Positions 19,929 through 30,414 of a stretch of DNA of 64,000 nt are shown here, in pieces (position 1 is the stretch's first letter; every line of letters begins with the position of its first letter). The stretch lies in contig CAWDLC010000015.1 of the NCBI GenBank assembly GCA_963803045.1, positions 10,947 through 74,946 on the forward strand, read 5' to 3'. The stretch comes from Candidatus Binataceae bacterium. Its GTDB lineage: Bacteria > Desulfobacterota > Binatia > Binatales > Binataceae. The notes under the pieces are model-generated. The model saw only the letters and a program-made list of their open reading frames with translations. It was not told the DNA's origin and made no database searches. A program made the position numbers and the translations under genes.

Positions 19929-19950
19929 CAAACGGTCAAACCGTTTGCGC
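19929..19950 (-). terminator. possible intrinsic terminator downstream of trbL
   Basis: Perfect hairpin AAACGGT-CAA-ACCGTTT about 80 nt downstream of the trbL stop, followed by a T-rich stretch on the minus strand. Confidence 0.25.
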
Positions 19951-20029
19951 AGACGCGATGGCCCGTGGCTATGTCCTTCAGGTTTTGTATCAAGCCGGGG
20001 ATCGCGAAGTCCGGGCGAGCTTGTGATCC

Positions 20030-21124
20030 TCACAGAAGACCGGTCTGGGCGGTGGCCCTAGGCTGTTGAGTAGCCGAGCCGCGACCAGCACGGGCCGTTT
20101 GGCTTCCGTTCGGGGTGGGCGAGGAAATGACGTTACCGCTTGCGGGCATCCGTACCGTGGGCCGGGATGAGGCCGAGCCGCCGTGGTTGTTGGCGGTGGC
20201 TCTGTCGCCAGCTTCGAGACTTGCGCCCAGCGAGTGGCTGCCTTGAGTTGAAGAACCGGATTCCGCTCCCACCGACTTCTGGCTCGTGAGAATTCGGCCC
20301 AAACCATAGCCCGCCATCGCGGCTTCGAATGCGTGGCTCAGATTTAGCGAAACGGCACCGCCAACGACCGAGGCGGCGGTGTTCGGAATCGTCCACGTGA
20401 GAAGCATAAAGATAAGAGCGCCGCCCGCAATGGTCAGAGGGAGCGTTGGATCCGCGACCGTCCATCCCGTTAGCGCGGAGTTCCAGCCGGCAATGATCGT
20501 CATGCCCACGCCAACGAGCAGGTATAGGAAAAAAAGCTTGATGCCGACTCCGACGATCCAGCCGAGGAAACCCTCAGCAAACTTGATCGTCCATCGAGAA
20601 CCGCTGAAGCCTAATATCAGTACGCCACCGCCAACGCCGATATACGCCTCGGAAAGTGCGAGCAGCATTTGCCCGGCGATGAGAGCAAACGAAAGGAACA
20701 TGATCAGCCCCGCTACGAGAGCAATCAGCGATGCGATCGTGAGGTGAAACCACCCCAAACTCCCGAAGCCGCGATAGATCGTCTGAAACATCGCGAGGCC
20801 ATCGTTGAACACTGTGCTCGGGCTAAGGTCGGGAATCCCGGCCGCTTGTCCCCCAATCTGCTGAAAGCCTTGGATGATTGCGCTGAACCAGATCGGCGCA
20901 TTCACGATCATTGCGTACAGAAAGCCGAACGCGAGAGATTTCTTTACAAATTCTACCAGCAGGCGTGATGGATCTTCCTGATCGGTGAGGAAATGAACAC
21001 AGGTGATGACAATTTCGATGAGTACCAAGCCGAAGAATATCTTCTCGGCGAAGGGCTGCATGATCGCCATGTAGCGCTGGCCTGCCCACTGAAACGTCTG
21101 ACCGATATTGTCGAGGTTGTTCAT
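20030..21124 (-). CDS. trbL: TrbL/VirB6 conjugative T4SS inner-membrane protein
   Basis: 364 aa polytopic membrane protein with the TrbL-like hydrophobic core and a Ser/Gly/Ala/Thr-rich C-terminal tail. Confidence 0.8.
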   Translation of the reverse strand: MNNLDNIGQTFQWAGQRYMAIMQPFAEKIFFGLVLIEIVITCVHFLTDQEDPSRLLVEFVKKSLAFGFLYAMIVNAPIWFSAIIQGFQQIGGQAAGIPDLSPSTVFNDGLAMFQTIYRGFGSLGWFHLTIASLIALVAGLIMFLSFALIAGQMLLALSEAYIGVGGGVLILGFSGSRWTIKFAEGFLGWIVGVGIKLFFLYLLVGVGMTIIAGWNSALTGWTVADPTLPLTIAGGALIFMLLTWTIPNTAASVVGGAVSLNLSHAFEAAMAGYGLGRILTSQKSVGAESGSSTQGSHSLGASLEAGDRATANNHGGSASSRPTVRMPASGNVISSPTPNGSQTARAGRGSATQQPRATAQTGLL

Positions 21125-21133
21125 CGCAAGTCC

Positions 21134-21475
21134 TCAATGAGTCTCTTGCGCGTTGGGAGAGGGGACCGGCACGAGTCCGCCGCCTAAGCCGTTAGGGGGC
21201 ATAGTCGTCGAGAACGGGACTCGAGGCGCGGCGGCTGCCAGTACCGGCTGACAGTTGATTAAGAACTTGTGATCGGCCTGCTGGCAAAAGCCGAGCGCTT
21301 TTCCCCAAAGCTCCGTTTTTCTCTGAAGTTGTTCGTTCCAGAACTGGTCGCCGTAGTTTTCCGCGGCGTTGGGGGACTGCAGCGCAGCGAGCGGAGCACT
21401 GGTGTCGTCGGATTTGCCATTGCAGGCTCCGAGGAGAAGGGCAACGGTCAGTATGCAAAACTTGAGTCCTTTCAT
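21134..21475 (-). CDS. small lipoprotein, TrbK-like by position (entry exclusion)
   Basis: 113 aa; lipobox LLLGACNG; sits between trbJ and trbL as TrbK does in Ti-type trb operons. Confidence 0.45.
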   Translation of the reverse strand: MKGLKFCILTVALLLGACNGKSDDTSAPLAALQSPNAAENYGDQFWNEQLQRKTELWGKALGFCQQADHKFLINCQPVLAAAAPRVPFSTTMPPNGLGGGLVPVPSPNAQETH

Positions 21476-21486
21476 AGAGCTCCCGT

Positions 21487-22218
21487 CTATTGGGCAGGGG
21501 CGTTGAGACCGTTGTTGGGCATGGTTGATGAGAACGGTATCGTCGGACCCGCGCTAAGCCACTGCTGGGTGCTGGCGTCCTCGGCCGCCTGCCGATTGAC
21601 CGCATTCGCAGCGACGACATTCTGCGCGTTGATCATCGCGACGACCAGCTGCCTCAGCATCTGAATCTGCTGCACCTGCTGCAAGGCGATTTCGTTGCCC
21701 ACCTCGATTGCCTGCAAATTTCCCGCAGCGGTCTTGTTCATACCTTCGAGCTCGCCAAATTGCGCCTGCTCGTTGGCAAAATTTTGCGCTTGCGCCTGGG
21801 CTGCTGCCAGAGTGCCGTTGAGTGTGTTCAACGTGGTGGCGATGTTGCTGGCTTCCTGTTGGTCCGGATTCTGTGGCACAACGTAGCCGGGAAACTGTTG
21901 CTGAAACTGCGATTGCAGGTTGCCGAGCGTGTACGAAAGTCCGCCCTGCTGCTGAATGATCCCGCCCAGTTCCTCGAGCATGGACTGGCTTGATTGCCAC
22001 ACGCCGGCGTATCCACCGGTGGTGTTCCTGATCATGTACTGAAGCTGCTGCGCTTCGGTGAGGACGGATTGAGTCTCTTGCTGAAGCTGCTGGAGTTGCC
22101 GAGCGAACATGCTCGGGTCGAAGACGATCTGCGTTCCTCCGCCGAACTGCGCGCGCACAGACGACGGAGGCGTCAGAAGAAAAGCGATTACGGCCATCAG
22201 CGCTAAGCGTCGTGCCAT
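21487..22218 (-). CDS. trbJ: TrbJ/VirB5-like T4SS protein
   Basis: ATG 22218 after AAGGAGG; signal peptide MARRLALMAVIAFLLTPPSSVRA then Gln-rich coiled-coil typical of TrbJ. Confidence 0.7.
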   Translation of the reverse strand: MARRLALMAVIAFLLTPPSSVRAQFGGGTQIVFDPSMFARQLQQLQQETQSVLTEAQQLQYMIRNTTGGYAGVWQSSQSMLEELGGIIQQQGGLSYTLGNLQSQFQQQFPGYVVPQNPDQQEASNIATTLNTLNGTLAAAQAQAQNFANEQAQFGELEGMNKTAAGNLQAIEVGNEIALQQVQQIQMLRQLVVAMINAQNVVAANAVNRQAAEDASTQQWLSAGPTIPFSSTMPNNGLNAPAQ

Positions 22219-24713
22219 TGCAGTTCCTCCTTGGGGAGCTTTCCATTTCCGTTCACAGTAAGAATTTTGGTGAATGGCGCGCGGTGCCTGGTATCGCGGC
22301 TCTCCCAGTATTCTGCCCAATCGTCCAATCCTCGGATGCGAAGCCACTCGCTCGCCCACCGATCTCCATGTTTAACGATCAGTTGATGTGCCTGGAGGAT
22401 GTCCGGCTTCGATCCCGAACCGATAAAAGCCAACGTGGCCTCTCCGAGCGCCAGATCGAAGAGGCGCCGCCCGGCGGGCGAGAGGTAGTAGTACTGGCGC
22501 TTCGGAACCGCAAGCGAGAGCATCTCGATCTGCCTGCTCGTCAGGCCGAACTTGCGATAAAGTTCGGCAGTGACGGGATTCTGCGCCTCGGGATTGGGTA
22601 GGAGAATCTTGGTTGGACACGACTCGAGAATCACATCGCGTTGCGGCGAGTTGGCGACTTCAACCAGACTTTGGGTGGAAAGCACGACGGCGGCGTTCTT
22701 CTTGCGCAGCGTTCGCAACCAGTCTTCGATCTTCGCACCAAACGCACCGTTGGCGAGCATCACCCATGCTTCATCGAGCACGATGAGGGTCGGTCTCCCG
22801 TCCAGGCGCTGATCGATCCGGTGAAAGAGATATGTGATTACGGGTAGGAGGACCTTCTCGCCCATCGCCATCAGCGCCTCGATCTCGAAAGTCTGAAAGC
22901 GGCTGCTGCCAAGTACGTCATTGTCGGCGTCGAGGAAACGGCCCATCGGACCGTGAAGCGAATAGAAGTCGAGGCCGTCGCGGAGCGTCTGATCCTGAAG
23001 CAAGCGAACCAGATCGGTAATGGTTCGGGCATCCGGCCTGCTGTCCCCCAAGAGCTGCAGGGCACGCCAGATGGCTTTCCGATGCTGTGGAAGAAGCGTC
23101 ACGCCTTGCAGGTTGAGCAGAGTTTCGAGCCAGTCCTGCGCCCACATCCGCTCGTTGTCGTCGTTTACATTCGCGAGCGGGCAGAAAGAGATTTCGCTTT
23201 CCCCGAGATCGTAGTGATCGCCGCCCGCGGCCTTGGTCAGCACAAATGCCGACAGGCCTTTGTCGAAGCAAAAGACTTGCGCGTCCGGATAGCGGAAGAA
23301 CTGCGCGATTAGCAGGCCGAGCAGCGTTGATTTGCCGGAGCCAGTCGGACCAAAGATCAGGGTGTGGCCGACGTCGCCAACATGCAGGTTGAGTCGAAAA
23401 GGCGTTCCGCCAGTCGTCGCGGCGTAGCAAAGCGGCGGACTGTTTTCCGGGTAGAAGGGACAGGGGTTGACCTCCTCCCCTGGCCACACATTGGTAGTCG
23501 GCATGAGGTCGGCGAGATTCCGCGTATGGATGAGCGGGCGCCGGACGTTCCGATAGCCGTGGCCGGGAAGGGAGCCAAGATACGCCTCATTGGCGTTGAC
23601 GTGCTCGATGACAGCGGGAAAGCCATGGTGTTGCAGTTGCTTTGCGATCTCTCTCGCGTTGGACTCGGCTGCCAAACGATTCTCGTCCATCAAGATGATG
23701 GTGCTCGTGTAGTAACCAAAGCGGACCCGGTTCGAGCTCGCCTCGGCAAGTGCGTCGTCGGCGTCCTCGGCCATCGCCAGCGCATCTTTGTTCTCAAAGC
23801 TCTGAGACGCGCCGTTGCTGAACACCTGTTTGATCATACCGGACAGTCCATGGCGCTTCTGGAACCAGTTGCGGCGCTGGATGCGAAGAGCCCGTTCAGC
23901 CTCAGCCGGGTCAAGGAAGATGAAGCGTGTCGACCATCGGTACGCAATCGCAAGCTCATCCAGGAATGCGGTGACCTCGGGCCACGAGTGAAACGGAAGG
24001 CCGGTCAGGCCAATCAGGCGAATGTGAAGGTCATCCAGCATGGGCTGGAAGCCCGCATGGAATTCATGATTGCCGAGCAGAACGTCGAGAAAGTTCCCCT
24101 GGGCAGGCGGCGTGACGGGATCGGGGCGCGCGGTGATGCAGGAGTTGAGGTGCGACAGGAGCGCAACGTCGTCCATGCGCTGCATCAGGAGTCTGGCGCT
24201 CAGAGCATCTTCATTTTCCGTGAGGCTGCGCCTGAAGAGGTCGAGCGTCTCCTCCCAATCGGTTACCCTTCGGCCTTGGAAGAACAGGCTCGCGGCTCGC
24301 GACTGCATCTCGGTGGGTGGCGTCCACGTGAAGGTCAACGCGAAGCGACTCTCGAAGTGCTGACCTTCCTCCGTGTAGTGAAGCCGGCGCTCGTGATCTA
24401 TGAGCGCAGTGACGGGGTCCGGGAAAGCTCCGGCCTCCGGATAGCCGATGCTCGGTTTGCGGATGAGATCGACGTTCATCATCCAGCCGTCGCCCAACCG
24501 CGCGAGACCAGCATTGACCTGATGAACGAGAGCCGTCATTTCCTCGGGACTTGCGGAATTCAGGTCAGGGCCGCTGTAGCGCCAGCCGGCCAAGAGCGAG
24601 CCGTCTTTCAGCAGAACGATGCCGGGGTCTATCAGCGCCGCGTAGTTGAGGAGGTCCGGAAAACCTCCAAGTCGATCTGACCGGCGCCGAAGGTTTCTGA
24701 ATTCTCTGAACAC
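22203..24713 (-). CDS. trbE: TrbE/VirB4 T4SS ATPase
   Basis: 836 aa; Walker A FGPTGSGKSTLL; VirB4-family architecture. Confidence 0.9.
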   Translation of the reverse strand: MFREFRNLRRRSDRLGGFPDLLNYAALIDPGIVLLKDGSLLAGWRYSGPDLNSASPEEMTALVHQVNAGLARLGDGWMMNVDLIRKPSIGYPEAGAFPDPVTALIDHERRLHYTEEGQHFESRFALTFTWTPPTEMQSRAASLFFQGRRVTDWEETLDLFRRSLTENEDALSARLLMQRMDDVALLSHLNSCITARPDPVTPPAQGNFLDVLLGNHEFHAGFQPMLDDLHIRLIGLTGLPFHSWPEVTAFLDELAIAYRWSTRFIFLDPAEAERALRIQRRNWFQKRHGLSGMIKQVFSNGASQSFENKDALAMAEDADDALAEASSNRVRFGYYTSTIILMDENRLAAESNAREIAKQLQHHGFPAVIEHVNANEAYLGSLPGHGYRNVRRPLIHTRNLADLMPTTNVWPGEEVNPCPFYPENSPPLCYAATTGGTPFRLNLHVGDVGHTLIFGPTGSGKSTLLGLLIAQFFRYPDAQVFCFDKGLSAFVLTKAAGGDHYDLGESEISFCPLANVNDDNERMWAQDWLETLLNLQGVTLLPQHRKAIWRALQLLGDSRPDARTITDLVRLLQDQTLRDGLDFYSLHGPMGRFLDADNDVLGSSRFQTFEIEALMAMGEKVLLPVITYLFHRIDQRLDGRPTLIVLDEAWVMLANGAFGAKIEDWLRTLRKKNAAVVLSTQSLVEVANSPQRDVILESCPTKILLPNPEAQNPVTAELYRKFGLTSRQIEMLSLAVPKRQYYYLSPAGRRLFDLALGEATLAFIGSGSKPDILQAHQLIVKHGDRWASEWLRIRGLDDWAEYWESRDTRHRAPFTKILTVNGNGKLPKEELQWHDA

Positions 24714-24725
24714 TGTTGCTGTCTC

Positions 24726-25064
24726 CTAGTACTTCCGAAGCCTCGGCACTGCCGGATGAACCGGCGCTGGTGGAGCGGTGATCCCGGCGCGTGGCGGATA
24801 GTACCGCTGGTAATGCAAGTGCCGGATGTAAACCTCGCTCAGTTGCGCATCGAACTTGGCTGCCTGTCGAAGCGCCCAGTGACCCGCGGTGCCCAGGATC
24901 GTCGCGATCGCAACCGTGTATAGATGTAGGCCGACGCCGAAAATCAGCGCTGCGACTATCAGCCAGTTCAGGATTGCGAGCCGCCGCTCGGCGCCGCCAA
25001 GCAAGACCGGCCGCGTGAGCGCCTGATGGATCAGCGTTCGTTGAACCTCGGTGTCCATCGCCAC
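24726..25064 (-). CDS. trbD: TrbD/VirB3-like
   Basis: 112-aa small membrane protein immediately upstream of trbE. Confidence 0.7.
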   Translation of the reverse strand: MAMDTEVQRTLIHQALTRPVLLGGAERRLAILNWLIVAALIFGVGLHLYTVAIATILGTAGHWALRQAAKFDAQLSEVYIRHLHYQRYYPPRAGITAPPAPVHPAVPRLRKY

Positions 25065-25083
25065 ATCCGATCCGGTCGCCTGC

Positions 25084-25434
25084 CTAGAAGAGCGCGGGCG
25101 CGAATGGAAACAGCGCCGTCATCAACTGAGTTGCTCCGAGCGCCGCCGCCCCTCCAAGGGCAACGGCGGACATTTTCCGCGCGCCAGTGCCGTGCTCGCT
25201 AAAGGTCCAGGTAAGCCCACAGCCGATGACGGCTATTGTTGTCGCGGCGTGGGCGACGGTGCCCTGCAGGTCTCCCTGAATCGTGGCGAGCGGTGCATCC
25301 CACGGCAGAGTACCGACTCCCGTGGTTGCGAGCGCTTGCGCAGGCCACAGAATCGTTACAACGGCGAGCGCGTAGCTCAGTTTGCTGAGCGACCGGTCGG
25401 TACAGGAATAAATCCTACTGATGATCGACTTCAT
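25084..25434 (-). CDS. trbC: TrbC/VirB2 pilin
   Basis: 116 aa; signal peptide plus hydrophobic Gly/Ala-rich pilin core (…AVALGGAAALGATQLMTALFPF). Confidence 0.7.
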   Translation of the reverse strand: MKSIISRIYSCTDRSLSKLSYALAVVTILWPAQALATTGVGTLPWDAPLATIQGDLQGTVAHAATTIAVIGCGLTWTFSEHGTGARKMSAVALGGAAALGATQLMTALFPFAPALF

Positions 25435-26402
25435 GACGGCCTCCTATCGAACTGATTTTGAAACCAAAGGCGGGATCGTAGCCTTCAACGCGAACCATCT
25501 CTGTCACGCGCCGCCCTTTGGGCGTTCGCTTGACAAAGGCCAAAACATTGACGGTCTGTGAGATTAGATCCGGCTGGGGCGGTACTCCCGCCTCTTGAAC
25601 GAGACTGCCCAGTCGAGTGAGCGCGGTGGCTGCACTATTGGCGTGCACTGTAGTCACGCCGCCGGGATGACCGGTGTTCCAGGCCTTGAGCAGCGCCAAG
25701 CGCTTCTCCGCCGCGAACTTCACCGATGATTATGCGGTCGGGACGCGCTCGCATTGTGGTGCGTGTAAGGAAGGTGAGGTCTGCGGCGACGGTCGTATGA
25801 AGCTGCATCACGTTCGGCGCGTCGCAATGTAGTTCGAGAGTGTCCTCGATGATGATGAAGCGCTCGTTTGGATTTCCGAGCCGAACCATCTCGTGAAGCA
25901 GGGCGTTCGCCAGCGTCGTCTTGCCCGACCCCGTCCCGCCGGCGAGCACGATGTTCTCGCGTCTGGCGACGGCGCCTCGAAACTCTTCTGCCTGGTTGGC
26001 GTCGATGATGCCGTGGGTGAGATAGTCGTCGAGCGTATAGATGAGTCGAGCGTGTTTTCGGATGACAAACGACGGAGAGCTGACGACGGGTGGCAACCAG
26101 CCGGTGAAGCGGCTTCCGTCCAATGGCAGTTCACATTCGATGACCGGACGTTGATCGTTCGCGACGGTGTTGAGGGCGAACGCCACGGTTCCGATCAGCC
26201 GCTCCGCCTGAACGGCGTGCATTTTTGTTCCTGCGGGCCGCATTCCTCCGCCGTGAGATTCGAGCCAGAGGGTACCGTCTGGATTGAGGATGATCTCGAT
26301 CACGTCCGGGTCGTCGAGAGCCGCCAGCACGGCGGAGCCAAGCTCGCGCCTGAGCCGCTCATCCAGCCGCGTGGATTGAATCGCTGCCAACCCCATCGCC
26401 AT
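25415..26402 (-). CDS. trbB: TrbB/VirB11 secretion ATPase, apparent 1-nt frameshift near 25714
   Basis: Walker A LAGGTGSGKTTLANAL; …RIIIGEVRGGEAL in one frame, the continuation ALLKAWNTGHPGGVTTVHANS… (ORF 25415-25723) in another; junction at gaagcgcttGgcgctg. Confidence 0.85.
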
Positions 26403-26874
26403 TCTCCTGTTGGTCGTGTCGCCGGTCGGCGGACTCCTCGGTCTGTTGTGCAGTCGGAGAATCGGTCTCGGTCAGTTCCATTACCGCGTGACGCCAGTTG
26501 TTGTAGAGGCGGGTTCCGGCCGTCAGCGCGCTTTCGCGCAGTTCGGCGGGAATCTCGGGCAGGTGTACCAACGAAACGAACGCGAGCCGGTCGAGCATCG
26601 CGAATAAGACATGCAACTCGTGGTAAAGCGAATTGAGCCGCTTACTCTGCGCTTCGATGCTGCTCCCGAGTCGCTGCTCCATCTCGATCAGCACGAAGTC
26701 GCTGGGTGCTCGGGTGCCGTTGTCGATAAGATGCTCGTAGTCGAGCAGGCACTGCCGGAGGTAACGAGACAGCGAGATTTTGTTTGCAGAAGCCGCCTCT
26801 CTGAAATGAGCGGCTTCCTCGATACTCAAATAGCAGGAGACTTCTCGCGCATTGTTTCTCACTTGAATAGCCAC
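26359..26874 (-). CDS. ribbon-helix-helix (CopG-like) regulator between traG and trbB
   Basis: 171 aa; N-terminal RHH-like segment YLSIEEAAHFREAASANKISLSRYLRQCL; same position as CopG-family regulators in Tn4371/ICEMlSym-type modules. Confidence 0.5.
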   Translation of the reverse strand: MAIQVRNNAREVSCYLSIEEAAHFREAASANKISLSRYLRQCLLDYEHLIDNGTRAPSDFVLIEMEQRLGSSIEAQSKRLNSLYHELHVLFAMLDRLAFVSLVHLPEIPAELRESALTAGTRLYNNWRHAVMELTETDSPTAQQTEESADRRHDQQENGDGVGSDSIHAAG

Positions 26875-28766
26875 TCCTTGCCCGAGTCCCTCAGAGCCTG
26901 CTCGCGCTCCGGCTCCGCGGTTGAATGTCGGTCGTTCGCTTCTTCGGTGAATCGATTCTTATGATTGGCGCCCGAGACCGGCGTCTCCGGCCATTCGCGA
27001 ACGGCTCCGATTCGATCCGAGTGTCGGGGCGGATCGAGCTTGGCGCGGGCCGAAAATTCCTGGTCGAGGTAGTAGCGAATCTTGGTTCCGTAGATCGGTG
27101 GACTTCCTGGAGCGAAGATCAGCGCCGCATCCTCGGGCAATCGCATCGTCTCGTCTGGCGTGATCAATGGGCGCTGTATCGAGGGTTCTGACACGGTGGT
27201 CCGACTGTCCGAGTAAGTGCGGTGCTCGTGGCGCACCGTTGCCGCGCCTGCCATCTCGGATATCAGCCGCGCGGTTTCAATCTTGTTAGGCGCGTATGCG
27301 ACACGAACCGCGCAGTTCGAGACGATCGATTCGTCGTGGCCGTAAGCGGCGTAGAGCTGGCTCAGGTCCTGGGCGATCAAGTAAGCCTTGATTCCGTAGC
27401 CTGCCGCGTAAGAGAGCGAGCTCTGGAAGAAGTCGAGGCGTCCGAGCGCGGGAAATTCGTCCAGCATCAGCAATAGGCGACACATCGGCACCGCGTGTTC
27501 ATTCGAAGGCGAAGTCTCGGTGAGCCGTGCGCCGATCTGCGCGAGCAGGAGGCGCATCAATGGCCGAGTGCGCGTCAGGTCCGATGGCGGCACGGTGAGA
27601 TAGAGGCTCACCGGCCGATCGTGGTGGGTCAGATCGGCGATGGAAAAGTCCGACGCGGCCGTATTCGCGGCAATGATTGGATCTCGATACAGAGTGAGGC
27701 AGCGAGTCGCTGTGCTGAGGACAGAAGTGCGTTCATTGGGGCTCTTGCTGAGCACCGCTTGCGCCGCTCCGGCAACCACGGCGTGCGTGATCTTTTGGGC
27801 GTGCGAGGCGTCGATCATGGCCTGGACTGCCTTCTCCTGATCGCGATCTGGCGGGTTCAGGAATTTCAGACATCCAGCGAGTGTCTTGTCGGCCTCGGCA
27901 TGGATCACGTGAAGGATCACGCCGGTGAGGAGATCGTGCGCGGTCAGGTCCCAATGATCGCGGGGGGCGTTACCGGCCGGATCGATCAGCATGTCCGCGA
28001 TGTTCTGCGCGTCCTTGACCTCCTCGGGGCCAAGTCGGATTTCAGCGAGCGGGTTGTACCGTGCTGCTGTGGTGTCAGTGCATGTCGGATCGAACCGCAG
28101 GCAGAGGTTGCCAAGGCCTTTCTGTCGCCAGCCCGCGGTGAGCTTCCAGTTTTCGCCTTTGATGTCGTGGACCACGACACTGTGGGGCCAACTGAGCAGG
28201 GTTGGGACTACCAGTCCCACGCCCTTGCCGGTGCGCGTCGGCGCAAAGGCGAACACGTGCGATGGCCCCGCATCCCGGAGATAGTAAGTCTTCCTTCCAT
28301 TTCGCCATGCGCCGACATAGACGCCACTGTCTGGGTCGAGCAGCCCGGTGGCGCTGATCTCCTTCCTGCCGGCCCAGTGAGCTGAACCGTGTAGATCGTC
28401 GGTTCTCGCTCCGACGGACCGGGTGAAATGAACGGCGATCATCGCCACGACTGTGACGATCAAGGTTGGGTATTCGAAAATGCGCATTCCTGCGCTTAGC
28501 ATCGGCTTTGCGGCGGCGACGTGTTGCCATTCCCATGCCCAAATCAGAATGCTCCACGGCCGGTAAAAGGGTCCGACAAAGGGCAGAGTCGCCAGAGGTG
28601 CGCCCAACACTGCGGAATGTCTGAGCAGCGCGGCGATGTGCTGGGTTGCAATCGCGAGCGAGAACGCAGCGGTAAAAGCGACTGCCGCTGTCGCGGCGAG
28701 GCGTACGTCCCGCTCTGCTACGGTGTGGGAAACTGGCATCCTGTACGGTAGCAACTGATTAGCCAT
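26859..28766 (-). CDS. traG: TraG/VirD4 type IV coupling protein
   Basis: 635 aa; N-terminal TM segments; Walker A …APTRTGKGVGLVVPTLL…; TAATG overlap with the relaxase stop. Confidence 0.9.
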   Translation of the reverse strand: MANQLLPYRMPVSHTVAERDVRLAATAAVAFTAAFSLAIATQHIAALLRHSAVLGAPLATLPFVGPFYRPWSILIWAWEWQHVAAAKPMLSAGMRIFEYPTLIVTVVAMIAVHFTRSVGARTDDLHGSAHWAGRKEISATGLLDPDSGVYVGAWRNGRKTYYLRDAGPSHVFAFAPTRTGKGVGLVVPTLLSWPHSVVVHDIKGENWKLTAGWRQKGLGNLCLRFDPTCTDTTAARYNPLAEIRLGPEEVKDAQNIADMLIDPAGNAPRDHWDLTAHDLLTGVILHVIHAEADKTLAGCLKFLNPPDRDQEKAVQAMIDASHAQKITHAVVAGAAQAVLSKSPNERTSVLSTATRCLTLYRDPIIAANTAASDFSIADLTHHDRPVSLYLTVPPSDLTRTRPLMRLLLAQIGARLTETSPSNEHAVPMCRLLLMLDEFPALGRLDFFQSSLSYAAGYGIKAYLIAQDLSQLYAAYGHDESIVSNCAVRVAYAPNKIETARLISEMAGAATVRHEHRTYSDSRTTVSEPSIQRPLITPDETMRLPEDAALIFAPGSPPIYGTKIRYYLDQEFSARAKLDPPRHSDRIGAVREWPETPVSGANHKNRFTEEANDRHSTAEPEREQALRDSGKEWLFK

Positions 28767-29840
28767 TAGCGTGTTCGTCCCTTCTCTCGCTCGGCAACCT
28801 GAACATAGATGACCTTGCGCCCGTTCTTCTCGAACTCCGCGCCGCTAAGGGTCACGACCGCGCCCACTTTAAGCCGCTGCTCGCCGCGCGCCTTTTCGAT
28901 CGCCGGGGTTTGGCGGATGTAATGGAGCTTGCCGTCATTGCCTTCGATCAGGAGATACCGCCGGTCGATCGTCTCGTTCTCGAGGCCGGTGCCGATCACC
29001 CGGCCGGTCACCTGCTCGCCCGGTTTCAGTTCCGTAACGCGAAGCGGCGCCTGCCGGTCCTGAATCTGATCGAGGTGGCGCGCCCTCGTCTTGATGATGT
29101 CGATCGAGAGCTGGTGCTGACGGAGCATGTGTTCGAGGTCGGGCGATATCTGCCAGGAAAGTTGATCCATGCGCCGCGCAAGTCCCACGCTTTCAAGGAA
29201 GCCGAGCCTCGCGACGTTTTGCGCCTGACGTTCGCGCGCGGCTTCGTTGCGGTGCTGCACGTCATTGAACGTGACGATGTTCCGCGAGTTCGCCTGCCGG
29301 AGCAGGGCACGATCTATTTCCGTGAATTGGTCACGCGTGACGGCTTGCCCTCTCGATTCCAGAATGTCGCGCTCTACCCTGAGACCCAGCTCGCGGCTCG
29401 CGATCTCCTGGCTCCTGTCCCGGATCCCGGACTGGATGTATCGGCGGTCAATCGAAAGCGCCTTGCCCGATTCGGTGACGCCACGAATCAGAATGTGGAC
29501 GTGCGGGTTGTCGGTGTTGTGATGATCGATCGCCGCCCACTTGAGGCGCGTTCCTGAGATCGCGTTCCATCTGGGCGACCAGCTCCCGCGCATGATCTTT
29601 GAGATCCATTTCAGCGCCGTTCTCAGGCGAAACGATGATCCGAAACAGCCGAGGGTCGCCCGACTTCTGCCAGCCGGCCAGAAGCTTGGAGAGGCTGATG
29701 TCTTCGCGGATCGCGTCGAAGCCCAATCCCTTTGCGTCGTCACGCTGCGCGCCTTCCCGCGCGAGATAGCGTCCGTGCGCGGCCCACGATGCCGACCTCG
29801 TATTGCGCGAGTACGAAACCTTGACGACGCTCCGTTGCAT
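28766..29840 (-). CDS. MOBP-type relaxase (TraI/VirD2-like), apparent 1-nt frameshift near 29570; start uncertain (29840 or 30029)
   Basis: N-terminal part (…MQRSVVKVSYSRNTRSASWAAHGRYLAREGAQRD…RLFRIIVSPENGAE…ELVAQMERDL) is in the ORF 29448-30029 frame. Continuation GTRLKWAAIDHHNTDNPHVHILIRG (3-His motif) is in the ORF 28766-29743 frame. Confidence 0.75.
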
Positions 29841-30021
29841 GGAAGCGCGAGGCTCTCGCGATACGCCGGCGCCTTGTCGTCCGAGACGCGTGTTCATACG
29901 GCTGGGCTGCCCTGCCCGTCCATGCTGCTTCGCCGCCGCGAGCCACCATCGCCTCGCGCGATGCTGTTCTCCGCGCCGGCGCGGAGGACGCGGCTGCATC
30001 TCAAGGTCGCGGCGCAGCAGG

Positions 30022-30411
30022 TCACTCATCTAATGTTTCTCCGCCCAAAAGCCGCAGCATCATTCGCGGAAGTTCAGCGGAATTGCCTGGCTCGTCGCCG
30101 TTCAGCGCGCCGATGATGCGCCGGATGTGTTCGCTCGAAAGCGTTAAACTGTGCAGCTCCTTGGATCGGCTCCACGACTTCCAAGCACGCTTCGAAGTCG
30201 CGCGGGCGTCGAGCTTTGCTCGCCCTGCCAAGGCGATCGCCGTGCGGCGTGTGGCGGGAAGGTCCGACAGACGCGCGGCAAGTTCAAGTAATCCACCGAG
30301 CAGCAGGTCGGGCGGCTCGCGGTCCAGCCCCGCAATCGCAACCAGCCCGCCGAGATTCGCCAGGTGATGGACTCTAAGTCCCTGCTCTCTGGTGTGCAGT
30401 TCGTCCGCCAT
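30022..30411 (-). CDS. hypothetical protein between traF and relaxase (possible relaxosome accessory)
   Basis: 129 aa, ATG overlaps region after the corrected traF stop; no recognisable domain. Confidence 0.3.
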   Translation of the reverse strand: MADELHTREQGLRVHHLANLGGLVAIAGLDREPPDLLLGGLLELAARLSDLPATRRTAIALAGRAKLDARATSKRAWKSWSRSKELHSLTLSSEHIRRIIGALNGDEPGNSAELPRMMLRLLGGETLDE

Positions 30412-30414
30412 AAC

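Noticed and set aside
23364-24680. 438-aa plus-strand ORF
   Set aside because: Antisense to trbE (VirB4), which carries clear Walker motifs; no homology features.
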